Shown here: one piece after another, positions 8,152-17,778 of the stretch | Layout: each line of letters begins with the position of its first letter | Position numbering within the stretch: the first letter of the stretch is position 1 | Assembly: GCA_034439475.1 (NCBI GenBank) | Contig: JAWXAN010000060.1 | Location: forward strand, 3,566-67,565 | Direction of reading: 5' to 3' | Length of the DNA: 64,000 bases | Origin: Candidatus Zixiibacteriota bacterium | Lineage (GTDB): Bacteria > Zixibacteria > MSB-5A5 > GN15 > FEB-12 | Made by a program: the position numbers and the translations under genes | Notes under the pieces: generated by a model | Databases searched by the model: none | Seen by the model: only the letters and a program-made list of their open reading frames with translations | What the model was told of the DNA's origin: nothing

Positions 8152-8195
8152 CTGTTCAATCAGAGTGTCGGGCATCCGCCGCGGCGGACCGACAG
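8152..8195. repeat. Palindromic repeat, copy 2 (imperfect)
   Basis: ctgttcaatcagagtgtcgg-gcat-ccgccgcggcggaccgacag. It shares the leader and the CCGCCGCGGCGG core with 7886-7926. It lies between the stop codon at 8208 and the terminator. Confidence 0.8.
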
Positions 8196-8207
8196 GAATA
8201 TTTATAA

Positions 8208-9134
8208 CTAAGGCTGGGGATGATAGCTATGATTCAAACCTCGCCCTCGGCCCGGCTTGAACGAACTTTTCTTGAATTCAGGGGATGGCGCGGCAACATT
8301 CTCAACCAGATGCATTTCAAAAATGACGCTGTCGGCCGGACGGGCATAGATGGTCAAACCGCGGTTGTCATACTCAAATACCCGTGCCGGCGGCGGTGAA
8401 TTGTCCACGTAGGTAGTATCTGGCTGGCCAAGCGCATTTATCATCGTGGTATAACCAGATCCGATTCCAACTGAGTCCTCGAGTTTTCCGGTGTACACTG
8501 TGTTGACAATAACACCCTGAACCGGTTCGTCATCGTCGGCCTTTATATTTTGATTAGCATCGGTAATGATAACAACAATCCCCAAAGCCGCTTCGTAATT
8601 TGCGAACTGAATGTATTGGGTGGGATGTTCGTCATCGGAGGCTGGAGGACCATTGAATGCTTTCACATCCCGATAGAGGTCGGTGAAAAGCACATATTGC
8701 CCTTGACCATTGACTCCAGTGATAAGTATGTTCGCCCTGAGCCGGACATTGATAGTATCTTTATTTCTGAGAATACTACGGATTACCGCATGCCCAAGAA
8801 CGCCGTCAAAGCTATAGCCCAATGTTGCCGTGCCAGACGAATCAGTCCTGAGAGAATCAGCCGTAAGTGTGCCATCCCCTTCAATTAGTAAAAAAAAGAG
8901 CCACTGATCGGGAAAGTTTGCGTTGCTGGCATTTTGAGCGGCAAACTTCAACTCCGGCGTAATACCTGATCCGCCCATAACGGCCTTGTACACAGTCCCA
9001 TTTACCGCAACTATCTGGGTTGGCCCGGTAGACCCATTAGGCGGAGGTTTCGGGTCGTCCCCCCCGCATGAGGTAAGAGCGAGTGCGAACAGAGAAAATG
9101 TTAGCTTGAGCGTGTTAATATTCCGCGTCTCCAA
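8208..9134 (-). CDS. Hypothetical lipoprotein
   Basis: Lipobox LALTSC-GGDD after a hydrophobic segment. TTG start 3 nt after the upstream stop. I recognise no family. Confidence 0.55.
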   Translation of the reverse strand: METRNINTLKLTFSLFALALTSCGGDDPKPPPNGSTGPTQIVAVNGTVYKAVMGGSGITPELKFAAQNASNANFPDQWLFFLLIEGDGTLTADSLRTDSSGTATLGYSFDGVLGHAVIRSILRNKDTINVRLRANILITGVNGQGQYVLFTDLYRDVKAFNGPPASDDEHPTQYIQFANYEAALGIVVIITDANQNIKADDDEPVQGVIVNTVYTGKLEDSVGIGSGYTTMINALGQPDTTYVDNSPPPARVFEYDNRGLTIYARPADSVIFEMHLVENVAAPSPEFKKSSFKPGRGRGLNHSYHPQP

Positions 9135-9137
9135 TAT

Positions 9138-9836
9138 CTACGGTCTGAAATAGTACCGTATACCGCCGCCAATATTAAGAAATTTTGGGTGGTCGTTAAG
9201 TCCGGCGAAATGCCACTCATTAATAGACGACAGCGCGAGAAAATTCCCCGTGTTTGGATCTTCCCATACTTTTATATCTGCCCCGAAGTTAAATGTCAAT
9301 CCAAGATTTGCATCTGACTCGGACTCGAATCCTTTGAGTGTTTGCGCTAACAGGCCAAAATCCACCCCCGCCCCTATATATGGAGCAAAGACCGATTGGA
9401 CTGGTGAAAGTAGAAAATAATTAATGTCGAAGGTAAGGTCGTATTGATTAAATGACGGCGTACCGACTAAATAAGAGTAAATCACTGAGTCGCCAACATC
9501 GGGACCAGTTACATAAAATGTGTCGAGGGTATTGACTTTGGTATAGCGAAAGCCAACTGAGGTCAGCAGCCGGTCGCCCAAAAGCTTGCCGAATGAGAAG
9601 TTGAATGTAAACGAAGGATCAAAAACCTTATCGGCATCGAGCCTTACCCGGCGGTCGGTCACATCAGCAAAGTCAATAATCCCGAGGCGGCCATATCTGC
9701 CTGTCGGTTGCATGTACCCGCCGCTGAACTCGACTAAATTAAAGGCCCGGGCGACCCGGGTCACTGCTGAGATGTCAGCAACAGACACAAAACACAAAAG
9801 CGCTATTGTGGTGAACATTCGAAGATGGAATCGCAT
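9138..9836 (-). CDS. Hypothetical outer-membrane beta-barrel protein
   Basis: ATG at 9836 with GAGGAG upstream (the track start at 9851 is TTG). Signal peptide, alternating amphipathic beta-strand pattern, and an aromatic-rich C-terminus (IRYYFRP). Confidence 0.5.
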   Translation of the reverse strand: MRFHLRMFTTIALLCFVSVADISAVTRVARAFNLVEFSGGYMQPTGRYGRLGIIDFADVTDRRVRLDADKVFDPSFTFNFSFGKLLGDRLLTSVGFRYTKVNTLDTFYVTGPDVGDSVIYSYLVGTPSFNQYDLTFDINYFLLSPVQSVFAPYIGAGVDFGLLAQTLKGFESESDANLGLTFNFGADIKVWEDPNTGNFLALSSINEWHFAGLNDHPKFLNIGGGIRYYFRP

Positions 9837-9908
9837 AAAGGGTCTCCTCAAGAGCTATTAGAGTCAGTCGTCCTGCTTAAACAACGGCGGAATCATTTTG
9901 TTCGTTTG

Positions 9909-10295
9909 TTAGGCCGATGGTTCTTTCCGGCGAACAATAACAAACGCTATCAGGGCGACAACAAAAAAGATGAGAAGCGCCCAGGCCATACCGCCAAGAG
10001 TGTCGATTATCGTCCGATAGATTTCTAACCCCCAATATTCGGCATTCAACACCGGTCTGTGCCAGTCCTCCTGCTCAGGACGTATAAAATCTTCGAGTTT
10101 CCATATTTTGACGCCCGATGACACGCCGACAACAAACAGCGCAAACGTCAGAAACTTCCGCCAGGCAATCGAAATATCTTCGCCAATGATTCGCGCAAAG
10201 ATAGTATCAACCGGCTTGCGAAAAAAGAAGATGACCGAACTCGATACGGCAATTGCAATAAGCAGGGTCACCGCGAGAAGTGTGAGAAATTCCAT
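9909..10295 (-). CDS. Hypothetical integral membrane protein (3-4 TM)
   Basis: ATG start and hydrophobic helices at both ends. I recognise no family. Confidence 0.45.
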   Translation of the reverse strand: MEFLTLLAVTLLIAIAVSSSVIFFFRKPVDTIFARIIGEDISIAWRKFLTFALFVVGVSSGVKIWKLEDFIRPEQEDWHRPVLNAEYWGLEIYRTIIDTLGGMAWALLIFFVVALIAFVIVRRKEPSA

Positions 10296-10363
10296 CTACG
10301 TGTATCTCCCTTGCCAGCATCGACGGGCTTCAATGGCGGACGTCAATTTTGCCTGCAAGATTA

Positions 10364-11290
10364 TTAGTACTTGAGAATCTTCAACTGTTCCGTATAAGTG
10401 TCCGCTGACTTCTTTAAAGCCGCCTGCTCATCCGCAGTCAGGCTCAATTCGATAATTTTTTCGATTCCCCTTGCGCCGAGGACTACGGGTACGCCGATGT
10501 ATATATTATTTATTCCGTATTGTCCGGTCAGATGAGCGGACACGCAGACAACCCGTTTCTCATCACTGAAAATAGCTTTGCACATATCTACCGATGCCGC
10601 CGCTGGCGCATAAAACGCCGACCCAGTTTTGAGCAGCCGGCCAATTTCACCCCCTCCATCGGTAGCGCGGTCGCAGATGGCTTTAATTCTCTCAGCCGGA
10701 ATCAACTCGGCAATTGGTATCCCGGAAACCGTCGAATAGCGCGGAAGCGGGACCATGGTGTCCCCGTGGCCGCCGAGCACAAGTGTTTGGGTGTCGGTCA
10801 TCGCCACCCCGAGTTCCATCGCCACAAAGGCGCGGAAACGAATCGAGTCCAGGACACCGGCCTGCCCCATAACTCGATTGGAAGGAAACCCGGTCACCTT
10901 AAAAGCATGATAGGTCATCAGATCAAGCGGATTTGAAACGATTATAACAAAACTATCGGGCGCATATTGCTTGATATTCTTTGCAACCGATCCGACAATG
11001 TCGGCATTCATCGTCAACAAATCTTCGCGCGTCATGCCCGGCTTCCGAGGAAAACCGGCGGTCACTATGACAATCGAGACCCCCACTATATCGGCATAAT
11101 TATTTGTGCCGGTCACGGTCGCATTGTATCCGCGCACAGGTCCGGCCTGAGTCAGATCAAGCGCCTTTCCTTGAGGTACACCCTCGGCAATATCGACCAT
11201 GACAATGTCGGCAAAATTGGCTTCGGCAAGATACATAGCGCAACTCGCGCCGACATTCCCCGCGCCGATAACGGCAATTTTCTTATTCAC
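10364..11290 (-). CDS. mdh: Malate dehydrogenase (LDH-like MDH)
   Basis: KIAVIGAGNVG Rossmann N-terminus, TAGFPRKPGMTREDLL and GGHGDTMVPL motifs. GTG start with GGAG upstream. Confidence 0.9.
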   Translation of the reverse strand: MNKKIAVIGAGNVGASCAMYLAEANFADIVMVDIAEGVPQGKALDLTQAGPVRGYNATVTGTNNYADIVGVSIVIVTAGFPRKPGMTREDLLTMNADIVGSVAKNIKQYAPDSFVIIVSNPLDLMTYHAFKVTGFPSNRVMGQAGVLDSIRFRAFVAMELGVAMTDTQTLVLGGHGDTMVPLPRYSTVSGIPIAELIPAERIKAICDRATDGGGEIGRLLKTGSAFYAPAAASVDMCKAIFSDEKRVVCVSAHLTGQYGINNIYIGVPVVLGARGIEKIIELSLTADEQAALKKSADTYTEQLKILKY

Positions 11291-11338
11291 ACTATCTCCT
11301 CAAGACTATTCGAAATTTGTTTATACTCTGTTTCAGAA

Positions 11339-11737
11339 TCAGGAAAAGAAGAAAGCTATTTCCTTTTTAGCGTTGTCGTCTGAGTCGGAGGCATGGACTG
11401 AATTCTTCTCAATATCGACACCTATCTCCTGACGAAGTGTCCCGCAAGCGGCTTTGGCGGGATTAGTCGCGCCGATGAGCGCGCGAAGGTCCTCGACTGC
11501 GTTTTCTTTCTCCAAAGCCATCGGAACTACCGGCCCTGAGGTCATGAACGCAACAAGCCCGCCGAGAAACGGTTTGCCTTCATGGACGGCATAGAATGTA
11601 CGCGCCTGACTTGGGGTGAGCCGTATCATTTTCATCTCTGTAACTTTGAAACGGGCTTTTTCGAGACGATTGAGAACATGCCCGATAAGGTTGCGCTCGG
11701 TGGCATCAGGTTTTACAATTAACAGTGTTTTGCTCAT
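11339..11737 (-). CDS. ndk: Nucleoside diphosphate kinase
   Basis: TLLIVKPDA, GATNPA and NSVHASDS motifs (NxxHxSD active-site His). Confidence 0.9.
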   Translation of the reverse strand: MSKTLLIVKPDATERNLIGHVLNRLEKARFKVTEMKMIRLTPSQARTFYAVHEGKPFLGGLVAFMTSGPVVPMALEKENAVEDLRALIGATNPAKAACGTLRQEIGVDIEKNSVHASDSDDNAKKEIAFFFS

Positions 11738-11764
11738 GTAATAGACTCTCTATGTATGATAGAA

Positions 11765-12853
11765 TTATTTCTTCTTTTGTCTCTTGACGTCTCGCTTGGC
11801 TGGTTTACTTTTCTTGGTCACAGTCTTCGAAACAGGCTTTTGTTTCGTCACAGTTCGGGAGGATAACATCGATTTTGAATTGGAGCCTTTTAATTTCGTG
11901 GTTATCTCTTTTGACTTCTTCGCCGCAGGTTTTGCCTTCTTAACAACAGCCGATTTCATTGAACGGGATTTATTTGAATTAAAAGTTCTTATTCGGTCTT
12001 TAAGCAGTGATGGAATCTCGGTCGGTGATCCGGCGACTGGTACGCCTACTTTATTGAGCGCTTCGATTTTCTCTTTTGCCGTTCCGCTTCCGCCAGCGAT
12101 AATCGCGCCGGCATGCCCCATTCGTTTTCCGGGCGGAGCCGTTTGACCGGCGATAAATGACACAACCGGTTTTGACATATGTTTACGGATAAACTCTGCG
12201 GCCTCTTCCTCTTCGGAACCGCCGATTTCTCCAATGAGGACCACGGATTTGGTAGCGGGATCGGCTTCGAAAGCTTTCAGACAATCAATGAAGCCCGTGC
12301 CGTTTACCGGATCGCCTCCGATACCGATACAGGTCGATTGCCCCATACCGGCCTGGGTTAGCGCCCATAGCGCTTCGTAGGTGAGCGTTCCCGAGCGCGA
12401 CACAAGTCCCACCCCGCCAGCCTTGACAATATTCCCGGGTAGAATTCCGACTTTGCACTGGCCGGGTGTGATAAGTCCGGGACAGTTGCCACCGATAAGC
12501 CGCGACCCATGTTTCTTTACATACGGCACGACTTTCATCATGTCATTTGCCGGAATGCCTTCGGTAATGCAGACAACAAGTGAGATCGACGAATCGACAG
12601 CCTCATAAATAGCATCGACTGCGAACGGCGGCGGAACATAGATGACCGAAGTGTTTGCTTTGGTTTTGGCTACCGCTTCCTCCATTGTGTTAAAAACCGG
12701 AATGCCGGCTACCGACGATCCGCCTTTGCCGGGCGTCACGCCTCCAACTACATTCGTACCATATTTTTTCATCTGCTCGGCGTGGAATGAGCCATCGCGG
12801 CCTGTTATCCCCTGTACAAGCAACCGGGTACTTTTATCGATAAATATAGCCAT
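11765..12853 (-). CDS. sucD: Succinyl-CoA synthetase alpha subunit with a roughly 74-aa Lys-rich C-terminal extension
   Basis: [21 protein letters not shown] and GHAGAII (phospho-His loop) motifs. The core is about 288 aa, followed by [12 protein letters not shown]...[16 protein letters not shown]. Confidence 0.9.
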   Translation of the reverse strand: MAIFIDKSTRLLVQGITGRDGSFHAEQMKKYGTNVVGGVTPGKGGSSVAGIPVFNTMEEAVAKTKANTSVIYVPPPFAVDAIYEAVDSSISLVVCITEGIPANDMMKVVPYVKKHGSRLIGGNCPGLITPGQCKVGILPGNIVKAGGVGLVSRSGTLTYEALWALTQAGMGQSTCIGIGGDPVNGTGFIDCLKAFEADPATKSVVLIGEIGGSEEEEAAEFIRKHMSKPVVSFIAGQTAPPGKRMGHAGAIIAGGSGTAKEKIEALNKVGVPVAGSPTEIPSLLKDRIRTFNSNKSRSMKSAVVKKAKPAAKKSKEITTKLKGSNSKSMLSSRTVTKQKPVSKTVTKKSKPAKRDVKRQKKK

Positions 12854-12890
12854 GTCGTTCAGTAGCCTTCGCTTTCAGTATACATAAAGT

Positions 12891-14030
12891 TCATGCCGCC
12901 ACTCCAGCGAGTTCAATCGTTTTCTTGACGCCTTCGTCGAGCGTCTGGGCAGTAGTGAGATTGACCGAAGATAAAATCTTGCGTGCTTCGGCTTCGTTCG
13001 TCCCGGTGAGTCTCACCACAATCGGCAACTGCGGTTTGAGTTCCTCATAAGCCGTAATGAGTCCGCGAGCGACATCATCACAGCGGGTTATGCCGCCGAA
13101 TATATTTATAAGAATTGCTTTCACTTTCGGGTCGGATAAAATAATCTGCATTGCAGACACGACTTTTTTTGGATTGGATGACCCGCCGATATCCAGAAAA
13201 TTCGCCGGTTCGCCCCCATAGCGTTTGATAAGGTCCATCGTCGCCATCGCCAATCCCGCGCCGTTGACCATACAGCCGATATTTCCATCGAGCTTCACAA
13301 AAGATAAATCCGCTGCTCGCGCTTTGGTCTCGCTTGGATCCTCCGCATCTGGATCGCGCATCTCCGCAATCGCCTGCTGGCGGTAAAGGGCGTTATCGTC
13401 AATAACAAGTTTGGCATCAAGCGCGATAACTTTCCCGCCGGGAGTTGTTACCAACGGATTGATTTCAATAAGTGTGGCATCGGTCTGCCAGTACAAATCA
13501 TAGAGCTTTTTTATGATCGATGCGGCTTGCTGGACATGTAAAATGTCGCGATACAATTTATAGGCAAGGTTGCGTGTTTGGTAAGGGCGAAGACCCTCGT
13601 TGGGGTCGACATAAAGTTTGTGGATTTTCTCCGGCGTCTTGGCCGCCACTTCTTCAATATCAATTCCCCCGGCGGCGGAGACCATGATGACCGGCTTCTT
13701 GCTGGCCCTATCCTGAATGATTCCAATATAGGCCTCGGAGAGAATATCTTCGGCGACTGTTACAAGCACTTTCTTCACCGGAAGGCCGTTGATTTCCATT
13801 CCCAAAATTGACTGAGCCAACACATGGGCTGATTCGGCATTCTCGGCATATTTGATGCCGCCAGCCTTGCCCCGTCCTCCGGTATGAACCTGCGCCTTGA
13901 CCATCACTGGTTTATAAAATCGTTTTGCTATAGCGGTTGCATCGGCGGCATTGAAGGCAACTTCACCGAGCGGAACCGGAATTCCGGCGGCTGCAAAGAG
14001 CTCCTTGGCCTGATACTCATGGACTTTCAT
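12891..14030 (-). CDS. sucC: Succinyl-CoA synthetase beta subunit
   Basis: MKVHEYQAKELF N-terminus, ATP-grasp region, and CMVNGAGLAMATMD and NIFGGITRCD motifs. Confidence 0.95.
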   Translation of the reverse strand: MKVHEYQAKELFAAAGIPVPLGEVAFNAADATAIAKRFYKPVMVKAQVHTGGRGKAGGIKYAENAESAHVLAQSILGMEINGLPVKKVLVTVAEDILSEAYIGIIQDRASKKPVIMVSAAGGIDIEEVAAKTPEKIHKLYVDPNEGLRPYQTRNLAYKLYRDILHVQQAASIIKKLYDLYWQTDATLIEINPLVTTPGGKVIALDAKLVIDDNALYRQQAIAEMRDPDAEDPSETKARAADLSFVKLDGNIGCMVNGAGLAMATMDLIKRYGGEPANFLDIGGSSNPKKVVSAMQIILSDPKVKAILINIFGGITRCDDVARGLITAYEELKPQLPIVVRLTGTNEAEARKILSSVNLTTAQTLDEGVKKTIELAGVAA

Positions 14031-15424
14031 TGATCTTTTTCCTCTATATCTTTTCGAGCGTCATTGCTTGGTGGTTCGCTAAAATATTCTCGCGCGTACC
14101 GAGACAGAATCTCTTTTGTATTTTCTTCCGGCTCATCAAGCACCTTCTCCAGAAGAAAGTTGAGTATCTTTCCAACCATCGGGCCGGGAGGGATATCGAA
14201 CATCTCCATGACGTCGGTTCCTGTGAGGGCAAGATCGCCCAATCCGAACGGCGGTTTCTTGGCAAGCTCTGCGCGGATATTGGCCTCGAAAATATCCACA
14301 TCTTCGGTCTTTCCGCCCATCCCTTGCGCGACAACATCGGCGCGACGCAGGTTCAGCAGATCGAAAATCAGGTCGACTCCGACCCGTTTGACGAGTCGTC
14401 GCAAGCCTTTGTCGCTCACATCGGTGGTAAACATATGCCGTTCGACAAGCGTTGTCACCTCTTTGTTCAACTCTTTTGAGAAGCGAAGCCGATCCATGAC
14501 ATTTCGCGCTGTTTTCGCGCCGAGCGTTTCATGGCCATAGAATGTGCAGCCGTCATCGACCAGTCGTTTCGCTTGAGGCTTATTTATGTCATGAAAGAGA
14601 GCAGCTAATCGTAAACCAAGGCTCGGTTTGGCAGAATCGATACACTGCAATGTGTGCTCGAAGACATCATATTTGTGATACCCACCCGGCTGTGTGACAC
14701 CCACACAAGCTTCAAGCTCCGGTAGAATATATTGTAGCAACCCACTGTTGCGCATAAGTCTAAAACCAATAGAAGGAGCTTCGGCCTGAACCAAAAGCTT
14801 AGTCAATTCGTCAGCAATTCGCTCAGCGGAGACCGATAAGATTAGCGCGGCATGGGTACGAAGTGCCTCGAAGGTACCGACCTCGATTTGGAAATTGAAC
14901 CGCGCGGCAAATTGAATCGCGCGAAGCATTCTCAGCGGATCTTCTTCAAAAGAGCGGGGCGAAGTCATGCGCAGAATTTTATTTTCTAAATCAACCATCC
15001 CGCCAAACGGGTCGATCAGTTCATCGGTATCGAGCGCAAGAGCCATAGCATTAATAGTAAAATCGCGGCGAGCTAAATCGTCTTCAACTGGCAGTGATGG
15101 ATTAAAATTCACATCAAAATCTTTATGCCCTATACCAGTTGAGTGTTCTTTTCTCGGCAGAGAAATATCGAATGTGTATGCGGTCTCGCGCCGAAACTCG
15201 GTGAATTTTATAACCCCAAAACTCCGCCCAACCAAATCAACGCGACCGTGCTCTTTGAGTATTCGGGTGAGTTCATCGTAGGGCACGCCAGTTACAAGAT
15301 AGTCGCGGTCTTTTGTTGCATTGGCCTTACTCAAATAACGGTCACGCACAGCCCCGCCGACCTCGTAGACCCGTCCGCGGGCAAGGATGTTATCTATTGT
15401 ATCGCGAGAGAGAGTGCACATCAT
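14027..15424 (-). CDS. cca: CCA-adding enzyme / poly(A) polymerase-family tRNA nucleotidyltransferase with HD domain
   Basis: GGAVRDRYL and RDFTINA head-domain motifs with a downstream HD (LFHDINKP). ATGA overlaps with both neighbours. Confidence 0.7.
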   Translation of the reverse strand: MMCTLSRDTIDNILARGRVYEVGGAVRDRYLSKANATKDRDYLVTGVPYDELTRILKEHGRVDLVGRSFGVIKFTEFRRETAYTFDISLPRKEHSTGIGHKDFDVNFNPSLPVEDDLARRDFTINAMALALDTDELIDPFGGMVDLENKILRMTSPRSFEEDPLRMLRAIQFAARFNFQIEVGTFEALRTHAALILSVSAERIADELTKLLVQAEAPSIGFRLMRNSGLLQYILPELEACVGVTQPGGYHKYDVFEHTLQCIDSAKPSLGLRLAALFHDINKPQAKRLVDDGCTFYGHETLGAKTARNVMDRLRFSKELNKEVTTLVERHMFTTDVSDKGLRRLVKRVGVDLIFDLLNLRRADVVAQGMGGKTEDVDIFEANIRAELAKKPPFGLGDLALTGTDVMEMFDIPPGPMVGKILNFLLEKVLDEPEENTKEILSRYAREYFSEPPSNDARKDIEEKDQ

Positions 15425-16413
15425 ACGGTCTGTCTGTTCGGGACAATTGTGGTTCCGGCTTCGCCGTTGATGGCGCGGCGGGCGTTTTGGAAAGAAGTAA
15501 TGATAACACTTTCTCCGCCGCTCTCAAGAAACTTTATTGCGGCTTTAATTTTGGGTCCCATTGATCCGGCCGGAAAATGCCCTTGGTCGAAGTAGCCCTT
15601 AATCTCATCGAGGGTACAGAGGTCGAGTTCCTTCTGATCTGGTTTTCCATAATTGAGCGCGACTTTTTCAACCGCAGTCAAAATACACAATATCTCAGCG
15701 CCAATTTCTCGACCGAGCACAGCCGATGCGAGGTCTTTGTCAATGACGGCATCGAGGCCTTCAAGGTTACCGCTTGCATCGATATAGACCGGTACTCCCC
15801 CCCCGCCTCCTGCAATTACAATTGTGCCATCCTCGACCAGCGCCTTAATGGTGCCGCCTTCGACCGCACGGATCGGCATCGGCGATGGCACCACCCTGCG
15901 CCAGCCGCGGCTTCCGTCCTGTTTCATCGCCCAACCGCGGGACTGTTGAAGATCGCGCGCTTCAGATTCGCTGTAAAACTGACCGATATATTTGCTCGGG
16001 TTGTCAACAGCCGGATCATGTTCATCGACAATTATCTGGGTGATGATTGTCACCACCGGCCGGTCGATATTTTCTCTGCGAAGCCGGTTCTGAAGAGACT
16101 GTTCTATCATATATCCCATGCCGCCTTCGGTATCGGCCACGAGCACACCGAGAGGAAGGATAGGCGCTTTGCCGCGCGAAAGTTCGATACGAAGCAGCGC
16201 GTTGCCGACCTGAGGACCATTTCCGTGCGAAATGAGCAGATTATAGCCATCACGGGCAAGTTCAATAATCCCATCCAGCGATGAACGGGTATTGGCAAAC
16301 TGATTGGTGATGGTATCTTCCTGACCCGGGAGGGAAATCGCATTTCCTCCGAGAGCAAGCACTGCTGTTTTCTTTCGTGTCATACGGCTTCGTTTGGTTT
16401 TTAATTCACCCAC
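15421..16413 (-). CDS. arcC: Carbamate kinase
   Basis: AVLALGGNAI, ISHGNGPQVG and GGGGVPV motifs. GTG at 16413 has AAGGA upstream. An alternative ATG is at 16383. Confidence 0.85.
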   Translation of the reverse strand: MGELKTKRSRMTRKKTAVLALGGNAISLPGQEDTITNQFANTRSSLDGIIELARDGYNLLISHGNGPQVGNALLRIELSRGKAPILPLGVLVADTEGGMGYMIEQSLQNRLRRENIDRPVVTIITQIIVDEHDPAVDNPSKYIGQFYSESEARDLQQSRGWAMKQDGSRGWRRVVPSPMPIRAVEGGTIKALVEDGTIVIAGGGGGVPVYIDASGNLEGLDAVIDKDLASAVLGREIGAEILCILTAVEKVALNYGKPDQKELDLCTLDEIKGYFDQGHFPAGSMGPKIKAAIKFLESGGESVIITSFQNARRAINGEAGTTIVPNRQTV

Positions 16414-16422
16414 GAAAATCCT

Positions 16423-17778
16423 TTATTTCTTAGCCTGTCTCTTGCTCCGCGATCCATTCCCTCCAAGAAATTTTTCAAGCACCGTGTTCAGATTTGGTGT
16501 GCCGATTTCCTGGAGGTCATAATACACTCTCAATACCGGCTTCTTGATGTTAATGAGCTTGCTCAAATCAATTGGCGTCGCAATCAACACTAAATCGCAC
16601 TTAGTTTTGTTGATGGTTTCTTCAAGGTCTTTCATCTGACTGTCTCCGTAGCCCATCGCCGGTAGGAGCGTTCCTATATTAGGATATTTCTCAAACGTGG
16701 CAGTAATCGATTTGACGGTGTATGGTCGTGGGTCAACAAGTCCTGCCGCGCCAAAACGTCTGGCCGCCACCACACCTGCGCCATAGACCATCTCACCATG
16801 AGTGAGAGTCGGGCCGTCTTCAACCACAAGAACCTGCTTGCCGCGAATCATCTCCGACCGGTCGACAGAAATCGGGGATGCGGCTTCGATTATGACTGCC
16901 TTCGGGTTGTATTTTAAAATGTTATTTCGAACGATTTGCACATTGTCAGGTGTGGCAGAATCTATCTTGTTGATAACACAGACATCAGCCATGAGCAGAT
17001 TATTCTCGCCCGGATAATAGGTAAGTTCATGCCCCGGCCGGTGCGGATCTACAACTGTGATGTGCAAGTCCGGTTTGTAGAAAGGCATATCATTGTTGCC
17101 GCCGTCCCAGAGAATGATATCGGCCTCGCGTTCGGCTTCACGGATAATGACTTCGTAATCGACTCCGCAATAGACCGTCACACCGCTTGCGATATGCGGC
17201 TCAAACTCTTCGCGCTCTTCAATAGTGCAATTATACTTGTCCAAATCCTTCATGGTCGCAAAGCGCATGCAAACCTGCTTGGTAAGGTCACCGTAAGGCA
17301 TAGGGTGGCGAATTGCCACAACCTTTTTGCCCATTGATTGCAGAACCTGCGCAACTTTACGCGTCGTCTGCGATTTCCCGCTTCCGGTACGCACCGCGCA
17401 GACAGCGACTACTGGTTTCTTTGATGTAATCATCGTCGGACGGCCACCCTCAAGGGCGAATCGCGCGCCGGCGGCCATTACATGGGCGGCCTTGTCCATG
17501 ACGTACTGGTGCGAGACGTCGGAATATGAGAACACTACTTCTTCAACTTCGTGCTTCGCAATTAATGAGAGCAATTCTGACTCATCGTAAATGGAAATAC
17601 CCTTCGGGTAAAGTTTACCAGCAAGCGCAGCCGGGTATTTGCGTCCGGTAATGTCCGGAATCTGGGTTGCTGTGAAAGCGACTACTTCAACGGTGTTGTT
17701 GTCGCGGTAAAGTGTGTTAAAGTTATGAAAGTCGCGTCCTGCGGCACCCATAATAATCATTTTTCTTCGATTGGCCAT
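16423..17778 (-). CDS. P-loop protein resembling the COG2403 predicted GTPase / cyclic 2,3-diphosphoglycerate synthetase-like family
   Basis: ATG at 17778 with AGGAAA upstream (the track start at 17838 is GTG). MIIMGAAGRDFHNFN N-terminus and AVRTGSGKSQTT P-loop. The family assignment is from memory only. Confidence 0.5.
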   Translation of the reverse strand: MANRRKMIIMGAAGRDFHNFNTLYRDNNTVEVVAFTATQIPDITGRKYPAALAGKLYPKGISIYDESELLSLIAKHEVEEVVFSYSDVSHQYVMDKAAHVMAAGARFALEGGRPTMITSKKPVVAVCAVRTGSGKSQTTRKVAQVLQSMGKKVVAIRHPMPYGDLTKQVCMRFATMKDLDKYNCTIEEREEFEPHIASGVTVYCGVDYEVIIREAEREADIILWDGGNNDMPFYKPDLHITVVDPHRPGHELTYYPGENNLLMADVCVINKIDSATPDNVQIVRNNILKYNPKAVIIEAASPISVDRSEMIRGKQVLVVEDGPTLTHGEMVYGAGVVAARRFGAAGLVDPRPYTVKSITATFEKYPNIGTLLPAMGYGDSQMKDLEETINKTKCDLVLIATPIDLSKLINIKKPVLRVYYDLQEIGTPNLNTVLEKFLGGNGSRSKRQAKK

